DNA of 64,000 nt from an uncultured Halobacteriales archaeon (GTDB lineage Archaea > Halobacteriota > Halobacteria > Halobacteriales > Haloarculaceae): assembly GCA_964478805.1 (NCBI GenBank), contig CAYZJQ010000001.1, forward strand, positions 2,727 to 66,726. The letters are read 5' to 3'. The translations under genes were made by a program, and so were the position numbers. The notes under the pieces are model-generated. The model saw nothing but the letters and a program-made list of their open reading frames with translations, was not told the origin of the DNA and ran no database searches. This document shows positions 38,378 through 47,576 of the stretch, piece by piece (the first letter of the stretch is position 1; the number at the start of each line of letters is the position of its first letter).

Positions 38378-38866
38378 ATGCACGCACCCGGTCACTACGG
38401 TGCCGCCCTGCTCGCCTACGCTCCGATAGGATATGTGATGATGTCGACCGACCCAGCGCTTGCCCTCTTAGGTGGGTTCGTCGTTCTCGGCCTCGCAACC
38501 CTCCCTGACATCGACCAGCGGCTCCCTGGCATCCCTCACCGGGGACCGACCCACTCGCTACTGTTCGTCGCGGTGGCGTCGTTCGCGCTGGGGCGGGCGA
38601 CGAACTGGCTGAACTTACCGGCCGTCCAGCCGTTCGCAATCGTCCCGGCCGTGGAGTTCGGCCTCCTGCTCGGTGTCGTCGGCCTCGGCTCGCATCTCCT
38701 GGCCGACATGATCACGCCCGCTGGCCTGAACCTCCTGTGGCCGGTGCCGTTGGAGACGATTGCCCTGCCGGTTGCGAAGGCAGAAAATACGGTGGTTAAC
38801 TACGGGTTGCTCGGCCTCGGCGTCGTGGCCGCGGCCGCCGCGCTGTACCTCGGTGTCGGCGCCTGA
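38378..38866 (+). CDS. Membrane-bound metal-dependent hydrolase (YdjM family)
   Basis: GH, LPDID, HRGPTHS, SHLLAD. Confidence 0.88.
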   Translation: MHAPGHYGAALLAYAPIGYVMMSTDPALALLGGFVVLGLATLPDIDQRLPGIPHRGPTHSLLFVAVASFALGRATNWLNLPAVQPFAIVPAVEFGLLLGVVGLGSHLLADMITPAGLNLLWPVPLETIALPVAKAENTVVNYGLLGLGVVAAAAALYLGVGA

Positions 38867-38867
38867 G

Positions 38868-39119
38868 TCAGATCAGGTCCTGGTCCTCGAGTTGATCGAG
38901 GACGTCGTCAACGAAGGCCTCCGGCGACTCGTACGGAAAGTCGCCACCGCCAAGCTTCGTGTTCAGTTCCATTGCCGTCATCGAGAAGTCGCCGGACTCG
39001 AACTTCGTCCCCGGTCCGTTTGGGAGCGCGGGGACAAGGTCCATCGGGCTGTTGATCGGGTAATCGGCGCCGCCGAACGCATCGATCATCTGCTCGCGGA
39101 GGTCGTCTTTGTCTACCAT
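38868..39119 (-). CDS. MTH865-family protein
   Basis: AFGGADYPINSPMDLVPALPNGPGT, DFPY. Confidence 0.88.
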   Translation of the reverse strand: MVDKDDLREQMIDAFGGADYPINSPMDLVPALPNGPGTKFESGDFSMTAMELNTKLGGGDFPYESPEAFVDDVLDQLEDQDLI

Positions 39120-39333
39120 GACAGCCGGACCATCCTCCGGAACAGGTATAAACGGTTCGTGTGCGCAACTCCTGCCCGTTGTCGTGGGTTCATTCAATTG
39201 CCGTTGGCGTGAGACGCGGCGAGCTGCGCCGTCGTCGGCGCTCGGGCTTCCTTACGAATTGTTCACAACTCTCAGACAGAATTTAACTTCGTCGACCAGC
39301 ATAGTATTTCATGCGTGTGGAGGTGAACAGACC

Positions 39334-39726
39334 ATGGCGATGCCCACGACCCCGAGTTCCTGGACGCGAAGTCTCGAAACACCGTCCCGGCTCTTCGGTG
39401 CCGACGGGCCCTTCGGTCTGTTCGGCGCCGACGACTACGAATTGTACGAACAGGACGGCGAGTTCGTCCTGTCCATCGAGATGCCGGGCTTTGAGCCAGC
39501 TGACATCGACGCGACTTGGCACGACGGCCGGCTGACCGTTGCAGCGGAGCACACTGACGAGGAGCGCGGCCAACAGCGCTCCTATCATCGCTCATTCCGG
39601 TTCCCGAAGGACGTCGACGAGAACGCTCTCGCCGCCGAGTACCGCAACGGCGTGCTTGAGATTCGGCTTCCCGTCGATACAGCAGTTGAGGAACCAAAGG
39701 GGACCGCCATCCCAATCGAGGGGTAA
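39334..39726 (+). CDS. Small heat shock protein (Hsp20)
   Basis: EMPGF, RSFRFP, AEYRNGVLEIRLP; GGAGGTGA RBS and TTTAAC box upstream. Confidence 0.92.
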   Translation: MAMPTTPSSWTRSLETPSRLFGADGPFGLFGADDYELYEQDGEFVLSIEMPGFEPADIDATWHDGRLTVAAEHTDEERGQQRSYHRSFRFPKDVDENALAAEYRNGVLEIRLPVDTAVEEPKGTAIPIEG

Positions 39727-39807
39727 CGGTCGCGTTGTCGGCGCAACGTCTCGTTCGTTTCTTTCCGTGCGACAACGTTCTTATCTGTGGGTCCACACTC
39801 ATGTGGC

Positions 39808-41586
39808 ATGTCACCGGACCCCATCGACTACGACCGGCTTGCTGCCGGTCGCGACTGCAACTACTGGGCGCTCGACCCGACCCTCCGCCGTGAGGCCGCC
39901 CGCGTTTATCCGGGCGACGAGTTCGACTGGGCCAAACCCCTGCTCGACGACTTCGGCCACGCCTGTGGACACGGCATCGCGGAGCGGTCCGACCGGGTCG
40001 ACCGCCACCCGCCCGAACTGCACACGTACGACGCCGACGGCGAGGTAATCAACGAGGTTGAGTACCATCCCGATCAGCGGGAGAACGAGCGCGTGGTCTA
40101 CGGCGACTTCCGGCTCACCCACGACGCCTTTCACGCGCCGCCGGGCCGCGACGAGCCGGCGAGCATCACCCACACCCTGTTCATGCAGGCGCTCCTGTCG
40201 TACTGCGACGTTGGGTTCTGCTGTCCCGCGTCGATGACGACGGGCGCGGCGATCGCGCTGGAGGCCGCCGGCGCCGACGCGGACCCCGTCCTCGGCGAGT
40301 ACCTCCGACGGCTGACGAGCGCCGACCCCGAGGAGCATGTTGAGGGGGCGATGTTCCTCACTGAAAAACAGGGCGGCTCGGACGTGGGCGCGAACGAGGT
40401 GCGCGCGGAGCCGCGCGATGACGGCACGTACGAACTGGCGGGCGAGAAATGGTTCTGCTCGAACGTGGACGCACAGGGCCCGCTCGTCCTGGCGCGGACG
40501 CCGGGGGCTCCCGACGGCACCGAGGGGCTGTCGCTGTTCCTCGTCCCGCACACCCTCGACGGCGCGCCGAACGACCTGCTTGTCCGCCGACTGAAGGACA
40601 AACTCGGCACCCTGTCGGTGCCGACCGGCGAGATCGAGTACCGCGGCGCGACCGGCTACCTCGTCGGCGAGGAGGGTGATGGCTTCGCGCTCATGGCCGA
40701 GATGATGAATTACGAGCGGCTGACGAACGCGACCGGCGCCATCGGCGTGATGGGCCGCGCGCTGCTGGAGGCAAAGGTCCACGCCGCGAACCGCGAGGCG
40801 TTCGGGCGTCGGCTTGACGAACACGAGCTGATGCGGCGCGACCTCGCCGAACTCACCGTTGAGTACGAGGGCGCGGCGGCGTTCGCGTTCGAGGCGGCAC
40901 GGCAGTACAACGACTGGAAGCGCGGCGACGCGGGGAAGGGCTCGGCCGCATTCAAACTGTTTCGCCTGCTCGTCCCCGTCGCCAAGTACCGCACCGCGCG
41001 CGACTCCGTCTCCGTCGCCTCCTACTGTATGGAGGTGCTCGGCGGCAACGGCTACGTCCGCGAGCACACCACGCCGCGGCTGCTGCGCGACACCCAGGTG
41101 CTCCCCATCTGGGAGGGCGCCTCGAACGTCATCTCGCTGGACGTGCTCCGCGTGCTTGAGCGCGAGCACGCCCACGAAGCGCTGGAGCCGTTCGTCGCCG
41201 ACCTGCTCGCGGTGGAGCACACGGCCGTCGAGCCCCTCGCCGACGAGGTGGACGCGGCGTTCACAGAGCTCCAGACGGCGCTCGCGACGCTGGCGGGCGA
41301 GGACGCCGACTACGCCCAGTACCACGCGAAGGAACTGGCAGACCTCGTCTACGACGTGGTCACCGGGGCGCTGCTGGTCGCACAGGCAAACGACGCGCTC
41401 GCCGACGGGGAGGGCCGGCTGGCGCTCGTCGCGGAGGCGTTCGTCCGCGAGCACCTGCGCGACGATCCGGCGCGTGGGATCGCCGACGGCGACCGGTTCT
41501 GTGCCGACCACTTCGACGCGCTAGCGCGGTACGCGCCCGTCGATCCATCGACACTTGACGCGGGCGCTGTGCCGGCCGACGACTGA
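39808..41586 (+). CDS. Acyl-CoA dehydrogenase family protein (AidB-like)
   Basis: CPASMT, MFLTEKQGGSDVG, GEKWFCS, RLKDKLG, GGNGYV, IWEG. Confidence 0.9.
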   Translation: MSPDPIDYDRLAAGRDCNYWALDPTLRREAARVYPGDEFDWAKPLLDDFGHACGHGIAERSDRVDRHPPELHTYDADGEVINEVEYHPDQRENERVVYGDFRLTHDAFHAPPGRDEPASITHTLFMQALLSYCDVGFCCPASMTTGAAIALEAAGADADPVLGEYLRRLTSADPEEHVEGAMFLTEKQGGSDVGANEVRAEPRDDGTYELAGEKWFCSNVDAQGPLVLARTPGAPDGTEGLSLFLVPHTLDGAPNDLLVRRLKDKLGTLSVPTGEIEYRGATGYLVGEEGDGFALMAEMMNYERLTNATGAIGVMGRALLEAKVHAANREAFGRRLDEHELMRRDLAELTVEYEGAAAFAFEAARQYNDWKRGDAGKGSAAFKLFRLLVPVAKYRTARDSVSVASYCMEVLGGNGYVREHTTPRLLRDTQVLPIWEGASNVISLDVLRVLEREHAHEALEPFVADLLAVEHTAVEPLADEVDAAFTELQTALATLAGEDADYAQYHAKELADLVYDVVTGALLVAQANDALADGEGRLALVAEAFVREHLRDDPARGIADGDRFCADHFDALARYAPVDPSTLDAGAVPADD

Positions 41587-42834
41587 TTATCTGGGCGTCT
41601 CGGTCCCCCACTCCTCAAGGGCGGTCGCGAGTGCAGGCACGTCCTCGGCACGCGACTCAAGCGACTCACCCGCGGTCCACGCCTCGGCGGCCGCGCGGAA
41701 CGCCTCAGCGCCGGCGCGCGTCCCATCGGGGTGGCCATGGATGCCGCCGCCGGCCTGCAGGATGACGTCCCGGCCAGTGGCGTCGAGCACGCGGTCGACG
41801 ATGCCCGGGTGGAGTCCGCCGGAAGCACAGGGGAGCACGTCCGTCAGGCCGTGGCACTCCCCGGCGAGCCACTCGTTGATGCCGACGGTGTCCTCGTTGG
41901 CGAGCTTGCCAAAGCCCGCCGTCCCGGTGTGGAGGTGGTCGACGCCGGCGAGGCGGGCGAACTGCGCGAGCGAGCGCATCGAGACACCGTGGTGAGGGAG
42001 CCGGTCGAAGGCGGCGTGCATTGCGCGGTGGGCGTGGATGGCGAGGTCGAGGTCTTCGGTGCGCTCGCGGACCGTCTGGACGGCGGCCCACCCGGTCGTA
42101 ATGATGTCGACCATGACGAAGTTCCCGCCGTGATCGTCGACGTACTCGGCGCGGCGGACCATCTCGTCGGTCTCGGCGGTGATGTTGACGAGGTAGTCCT
42201 TCCGCTCGCCCGTCTCCGACTCGGCCTCGTCAGCGCGTTCGAACGAGCGGGTCACGCGCTCCTCGAAGGGGTTGAATCCCTGGTCGGTGAGGTTCTCGTC
42301 GTCCTTCAGGAGGTCGACGCCGCCGACCCACGCCTCGTAACCCACCTGGGCGTGCGCTTCTGCCGGCAGGCCGACCTTGGGCTTCGGGACGGTCGCGAGC
42401 GCCGGCCGGTCGCCGGCGTCGAGCAGTCGGTGTTTCACCGCCGACCCGAACTGCGGGCCGGGGAACTCCTCGACGAGCGCCGCCGGCCACTCGCTGTCCT
42501 CCAGGCGGATGCTCTCGACCGCCTTCATGCCCATGATGTTGCCGGCGATACACGAGAGGATCTGCGGGAGGCTCCCGGCCTCGAACAGTTCGGGCGGGTA
42601 GGCGACCTGCACGGTGCCATCGTCGCGCAGGGCGAAGGCGACGGCCGAGAGCCGCGAGATGTCCGCGTCGGCGTCGAGGGCCGCCCAGGTCCCGTTGGAG
42701 GACTCCGACGCGACGCGGGCCGCGGCCGCCTCCATCGACATGTCCTCGGCGGGGACGATGCGGAACGTACAGACCAGGTCGTTCTCCGCAGGGCTGTAAC
42801 TGGTGTCGAGGAAGTCGTCGTACTGGATTCCCAT
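41587..42834 (-). CDS. rbcL: Form III ribulose-1,5-bisphosphate carboxylase/oxygenase
   Basis: ASESSNGTW, AGNIMGMK, KPKVGL, DLLKDDENL, HAHRAMH, HTGT...GKL, SGGLH, QAGGG; catalytic residues present. Confidence 0.95.
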   Translation of the reverse strand: MGIQYDDFLDTSYSPAENDLVCTFRIVPAEDMSMEAAAARVASESSNGTWAALDADADISRLSAVAFALRDDGTVQVAYPPELFEAGSLPQILSCIAGNIMGMKAVESIRLEDSEWPAALVEEFPGPQFGSAVKHRLLDAGDRPALATVPKPKVGLPAEAHAQVGYEAWVGGVDLLKDDENLTDQGFNPFEERVTRSFERADEAESETGERKDYLVNITAETDEMVRRAEYVDDHGGNFVMVDIITTGWAAVQTVRERTEDLDLAIHAHRAMHAAFDRLPHHGVSMRSLAQFARLAGVDHLHTGTAGFGKLANEDTVGINEWLAGECHGLTDVLPCASGGLHPGIVDRVLDATGRDVILQAGGGIHGHPDGTRAGAEAFRAAAEAWTAGESLESRAEDVPALATALEEWGTETPR

Positions 42835-42879
42835 AGCGGCGACCGTTGGCCGCCGGAGGTCAAGGAGGTTCGGGTGCGA

Positions 42880-43041
42880 CTACCCGGTCTCGTGGCGCTG
42901 GTAGCTCCGGTAACTCACCGTCTCCCCGTCGACAATGACGGGGTCGCCGCCGTTCTCACAGCCCTCGGGGAGGTCGTCGCCGCCCAGGCCGCCGTCCGTG
43001 CTCGCGTCGCCGTATTCGTATGGATCGTCGGTTAACTCCAT
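42880..43041 (-). CDS. 53-aa acidic hypothetical protein upstream of rbcL
   Basis: Read by hand: MELTDDPYEYGDASTDGGLGGDDLPEGCENGGDPVIVDGETVSYRSYQRHETG; BRE/TATA AAAAGCTTATA about 30 nt upstream. Confidence 0.7.
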   Translation of the reverse strand: MELTDDPYEYGDASTDGGLGGDDLPEGCENGGDPVIVDGETVSYRSYQRHETG

Positions 43042-43159
43042 GCGAGACAGTCACACACGCATCGGTATAAGCTTTTGTCAGACATCCGCGTGTGAGTGGC
43101 ACACACCCTTATAGCCCCAGAGGGCCACGTCCTACGTTGGTCCTGCACCCCCGCCGCGC

Positions 43160-43942
43160 TCACTCAAGCAGGCCGGGGACGTCGCCCAGCGAGTCGACGA
43201 CGTGGGTCGGCCGCACGTCGGTCCGTTCGAGGGCCGTCCGATCGCTCCGACCCGTGAGGACGAGGACAGTCTCCATCCCCGCGCGCGCGCCCATCGCCAC
43301 GTCCGTGTCGAGCCCGTCGCCGACGACGAGGAGTCGCTCCGGCGGGCAGTCCAGCCGGTCGGCCACGAGGTCGACCACCACCTCCGAGGGCTTCCCGAGC
43401 ACGCGGTCCGGCTCCCGCTGGGCGACCGTCGCGACCGACCGGGTGATGGCCCCGCTCCCGGGGTACTCGCGCCCGTCCGAATCTGGGTAGGTCAGGTCCG
43501 GGTCGGTGCCGTAGAACGCCCGCGCGTCGTCGAGCGCCCACATCCCTTCCGTGAGATCGCGGTAGTCGAAGCCGTAGGTATGGGAGGTGACGACCACGTC
43601 GGCGTCGTCGTGCGCCTCTGTGACACGGACTCCGGCGGCCGTCAACTGGTCGTGGAGGCCGTCGGAGCCCACTACGAAGGTTGCTGCGTCCGGGTGTTCG
43701 TCGGCGAGGTACGTCGCCGTGACCGTCCCGGCCGAGACCACCTCGCGCTCGGCGGCGTCGATACCGAGGTCGGCGAGCTTCTCGACGTAGCCCGCCGGGC
43801 TCCGCGTCGGGTTGTTCGTCACGAACAGCACGCCCAGTCCGCGCTCGCGCAACGCCGCGAGCGCCTCGCGCGCGCCGTCAAGCACCGCGTCGCCCCGGTA
43901 GACGGTCCCGTCAAGATCGACGACGACCCCCTCGTACTCCAT
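43160..43942 (-). CDS. HAD-IIA (NagD-family) phosphatase
   Basis: DLDGTVY, VTNN, GKPS, VGDGLDTD, LVLTG. Confidence 0.92.
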   Translation of the reverse strand: MEYEGVVVDLDGTVYRGDAVLDGAREALAALRERGLGVLFVTNNPTRSPAGYVEKLADLGIDAAEREVVSAGTVTATYLADEHPDAATFVVGSDGLHDQLTAAGVRVTEAHDDADVVVTSHTYGFDYRDLTEGMWALDDARAFYGTDPDLTYPDSDGREYPGSGAITRSVATVAQREPDRVLGKPSEVVVDLVADRLDCPPERLLVVGDGLDTDVAMGARAGMETVLVLTGRSDRTALERTDVRPTHVVDSLGDVPGLLE

Positions 43943-43990
43943 ATTCGGGGCTCGGGGCCGACCCGCTAAACCCGGTCGATTCCGGCAGAG

Positions 43991-44335
43991 CTACACCAGC
44001 CCGCGTACGGCGACCGCCGCCAGCGGTGGGGCCCCCAGGCCCGACCCGACCGCGACGTAGACCAGCGGGACCGCGGTCGTGACGGCGACGAGCGTGCCCG
44101 ACCACAGGAGGACGAGTGCCCACCCTGCGAGCACGGCGAGCCCGAACCCGACCCCAAGCACGACCGCCCGCGGGAGCGAGACGGCGCACAGACCCACGAG
44201 CGCGCCGCCGACCGCCAGCCCCACGGGGTGGACCGCCGTCGCCGCGAGGCCGACGATGAAGGCGACGACGAGCGCCGGGTCCGTGCGGTCGGACTCGCGG
44301 AACGCCGTCAGGGCGGCGGGCGTGAGCAGGCTCAT
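43991..44335 (-). CDS. Small multi-pass membrane protein coupled to penicillin acylase
   Basis: ATGA overlap at 44332-44335; hydrophobic, AVHPVGLAVGGALVG. Confidence 0.7.
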   Translation of the reverse strand: MSLLTPAALTAFRESDRTDPALVVAFIVGLAATAVHPVGLAVGGALVGLCAVSLPRAVVLGVGFGLAVLAGWALVLLWSGTLVAVTTAVPLVYVAVGSGLGAPPLAAVAVRGLV

Positions 44336-46767
44336 CCGTCTCCCTCCTCGAACTCGATGACGACTGGCCCGGACGCCTCGGTGGGGATGGCGTGGTACTC
44401 GCCGTTCGCCCACGGGCGGAGCTGGTCGGCGTAGTGTGGCGAGTAGGGGTTGCCGGACTGCCCGCCGGGGATGATCCCGTACGCCGAATCGCCGGCAACG
44501 ACCATCCGCCACGACGAACCCGCCGGCCCCCCGCGCCGGAAGTTCGAGACAGTGAACGCGCTGCCGTCGGTCGGCAGCTCGGGATAGTCGAGGAACGCCA
44601 CCGGGAATGGGTGGTCAAGGCCGACGACGTTGTAGTCGCCGTACGTCTCCCACCCCTCGCGGTCGGCGCGCGTGACGGCCCGCTCAAACGCCGTCGCGTA
44701 CACGTCGGCGCGCGTCTCCCGTTCCGGCGTCCGAACGTCGTCGAACCACTCGCTGTCGGCCGGGAGCGACCCGAGTGCGTGGTGGTGGGGGTAGTAGCCC
44801 TCGTCCAGCCCGCGCGGGTGGTACTCGTCGTACAGCGTCGCGTTGCGGACCTCCTCGCGGAACAGCGCGTACAGCAGCGCGGCCCGCGAGTCTCGGTCCA
44901 GGTCGTGGTTCCATCCTTCGAGGCGGTCGGCCTCCGCACGCACGTTCGGAGGCATCTCGGAGCGGGCGTCCAAGAGGCCGGGCAGGTAGTCGGCAGCCGC
45001 GAGCGACCGCGTGTCGCGCTGGAGCTCTTGCATGAACTCGGCGGTCACAGGCTCGTCGGACTCGACCCTGGCCTCCAGCCGGTCGTAGATGCGCTCCCCG
45101 CGGTACGGGTCGGCAAACCGCTCGCTGTACGCGAGATAGAAGCCCGGCGCGTCGGTCGTCCGCTGGTTCGCCGTCGCGAGCACGTCCGGGTCGTCGACGT
45201 GGGGCACTTCGTCGTGGGGAACGAACGCGCCGGTGGCGTTCCAGTCGGTCGCACCATACGGCTCCCAGCCGCGCCACTCGCCCTCGCCCTCGGTCGCGTT
45301 GAAGGGGAGGTCGCCGGCGACGCGCGCGCCGTCGGTGTATCGGTAGGGGTACTTGCCGGTGATGCGGAACAGCGTCCCGCCGTCGCGATCGGCGGCGACG
45401 ATGTTCTGGGTCGGCGTGTCGAACCGCCGCAGCGCCGAGCGCACCGCATCGAGGTCCTCGGCGTGGTTCAACGCGTAGACCGCGGTCGCCTCGCGCGTCC
45501 CTGTGAGCCCGAGCCACGACACCGCGACCTCACGGCCGTCGCGTTCGAGCAGCGGCCCCTTGACCGTCTTCTGGACATCGACCTGCACGTCCGCGCCGTC
45601 GGCCACCTCGATGGTCTCCGTCTCGGAGTCGATCTCGCGTACCTCGCCGTCGTAGACGTAGCTGTCCGCATCGGGACGGGCGAACGTGTAGAGGTCCGTT
45701 TGATCGGCGCCGACGTTGGTGAAGCCCCACGACACCGTCTCTGTGCGCCCGATGACGGCGAACGGGAGGCCAGGGAACGAGACGCCGCGAACGTTCTGAT
45801 CGGGTGACTCGAGGTGCATCTCGTACCAGACCGGCGGGACGGACAACGAGAGGTGGGGGTCGTTGGCGACGATCGGCCGACCGTCCGCGGTGTGCTCGCC
45901 GGAAACGACCCAGGAGTTCGAACCGATGCCCGGGTCGCGCTCGAAGGCCGACAGCGACTCGTACAGGGGGGCGAAGTCGCCCGTTCGGTCTGCGCGGTCG
46001 GCAACCGACGCGCGGGCGCTGTCGGGGGTGACGGTCCCGCCCTGCGAGCGGCCCACGACCGTCGAATCGTGGTCGAGTCGCCGTGGGTACAGCTCCGAGG
46101 CGTTCCCGAACTCGTCCCGAAGCGTCGCCGTCTCGAGATCGCGGAAGTCGCCGGTCAGCTGCCAGGCGATGAGCTTCCCGACGAGCAGCGAGTCGGTCGG
46201 CGTCCACGGCGCGGGTTCGTAGTCGTTGGCGGCGAACTCCGTGGGGAGCGGCCGCGCCTTCATGTAGGTGTTTACGCCCGCGGTGTACGCTTCGACCGCG
46301 TCGCCGGCCGGCGTCCCCTCGACCTCGGCCCACGAGGCCTCGGCGGCGGCCGCAAAGTCCATCTGCCGGTAAAACCGGTCGGACTCGACCGCTTGCGCGC
46401 CGAAGGCGGCGGCGAGTTGCCCGCGCATCAGCCGGCGCTGGAGGTCCATCTGGAACAGGCGGTCGCGCGCCTGGGCATAGCCGACGGCGTAGTACAGTGC
46501 CCGCTCGTTCTCGGCATCGATGTGTGGCACGCCGTCGGCGTCGTAGCGCACCGTCGCCTCGCCGTGCGGCGACTCGACGGTTCGGGGTCCGGCGACGGCT
46601 CGTTCCGCCGCTGCGCCGATGCTGCGGTCGTTCGCTTCGTAGGCGGCGGTCCAGGCGTCGCCGCTGGCTGGCGCGGCGAGGTCGAACAGCCCGCCGCCGC
46701 CGACAGCCGCAGAGACCAGCAGCGCGAGCGCGACGAGGCCGACCGCGGCGTTCCGGAGGGCGTTCAT
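44332..46767 (-). CDS. Penicillin acylase family Ntn-hydrolase (peptidase S45)
   Basis: GVPHI, QARDRLFQMDLQRR, GSNSWVV nucleophile, ANDPHL, PGGQSG; N-terminal hydrophobic signal/anchor. Confidence 0.93.
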   Translation of the reverse strand: MNALRNAAVGLVALALLVSAAVGGGGLFDLAAPASGDAWTAAYEANDRSIGAAAERAVAGPRTVESPHGEATVRYDADGVPHIDAENERALYYAVGYAQARDRLFQMDLQRRLMRGQLAAAFGAQAVESDRFYRQMDFAAAAEASWAEVEGTPAGDAVEAYTAGVNTYMKARPLPTEFAANDYEPAPWTPTDSLLVGKLIAWQLTGDFRDLETATLRDEFGNASELYPRRLDHDSTVVGRSQGGTVTPDSARASVADRADRTGDFAPLYESLSAFERDPGIGSNSWVVSGEHTADGRPIVANDPHLSLSVPPVWYEMHLESPDQNVRGVSFPGLPFAVIGRTETVSWGFTNVGADQTDLYTFARPDADSYVYDGEVREIDSETETIEVADGADVQVDVQKTVKGPLLERDGREVAVSWLGLTGTREATAVYALNHAEDLDAVRSALRRFDTPTQNIVAADRDGGTLFRITGKYPYRYTDGARVAGDLPFNATEGEGEWRGWEPYGATDWNATGAFVPHDEVPHVDDPDVLATANQRTTDAPGFYLAYSERFADPYRGERIYDRLEARVESDEPVTAEFMQELQRDTRSLAAADYLPGLLDARSEMPPNVRAEADRLEGWNHDLDRDSRAALLYALFREEVRNATLYDEYHPRGLDEGYYPHHHALGSLPADSEWFDDVRTPERETRADVYATAFERAVTRADREGWETYGDYNVVGLDHPFPVAFLDYPELPTDGSAFTVSNFRRGGPAGSSWRMVVAGDSAYGIIPGGQSGNPYSPHYADQLRPWANGEYHAIPTEASGPVVIEFEEGDG

Positions 46768-46836
46768 ACCCTTTCGGTCACCGCAACTGACAAAAGCGTA
46801 CCTCCACGGCCGGAAACGTGCACCCGGTTCCCCGCC

Positions 46837-47530
46837 TCAGCCAAGCAACTCGGTGAACTGGTTGACGCTGTCGTCCGTGCCTGCGAGAATGACGCCGTCG
46901 TCGCGCCGGATGCGGAACCCTGGGCCAACGTCAGTGATGACCGCATCGTCGCGCTCGACCGCGACGGCTGTCCAGCCGGTTTGGGCGCGCACGTCCGCCT
47001 CGCACAGCGTCGTTCCGGCCGGCCCGGGCGTCTTGGTTCGGACCACGGCCACCTGCTGGTCGAGCGAGAGGACATCCTCGCCGTCGAGGACTGCGGAGGC
47101 GACCATTCGACCGGTGATAAAACCGAGCGAAAGCACGTAGTCCGCACCGGCCCGGTACATTTTCTTCAGCGTCTCCATCTCCTCGATCCGGGCGATGAGC
47201 TCGACGTGCGGCGCGAGGCCGCGGACGACGAGCTTCGCGAACTCGGTGGTGGTGTCGTCTAGAAGCGCGAGCCCGACCGAGGGGGCGTTCTGCCCCTCGG
47301 CCGCACGCAACACTTCTGTGTCGGTCGCCTCACCGGCCACGGCGACGCCGTCACGCGTGCGACGGTCGACGACAGTGTTCGAGAGCCCGGCGTCGTCAAG
47401 CGCCGCAGTCACCTTCTGCCCCCTTCGCCGTGACCGACGACGATCTTCACGGAGCCGAACCCTCGTACGTCGGCCGGCGTCAGCTCCTTCATTCGCTCAA
47501 GCTGGGTCTCGCGACCCATTACCACTAAGA
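46837..47530 (-). pseudogene. 5'-truncated, frameshifted TrkA/RCK potassium-transport protein
   Basis: RCK-N/RCK-C (MYRAGADYVLSL, VAVERD); the upstream IVVGHGE motif is out of frame at a G5 run near 47420; no N-terminal half. Confidence 0.75.
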
Positions 47531-47576
47531 GACATGCCGCCTGCAAAAAATGGCTCTGCTGCGCGGTTGTTCGTCC

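Noticed and set aside
41587..42834. RuBisCO-like protein (form IV) or Calvin-cycle autotrophy
   Set aside because: Catalytic motifs are those of a true form III enzyme; no phosphoribulokinase or small subunit in the window
31036..47262. Long antisense ORFs (e.g. 31036-32934 +, 32959-34515 +, 39811-41511 -, 41731-43035 +, 44392-45807 +, 45814-47262 +)
   Set aside because: Shadow frames opposite well-supported genes; expected in high-GC DNA, with no recognisable motifs
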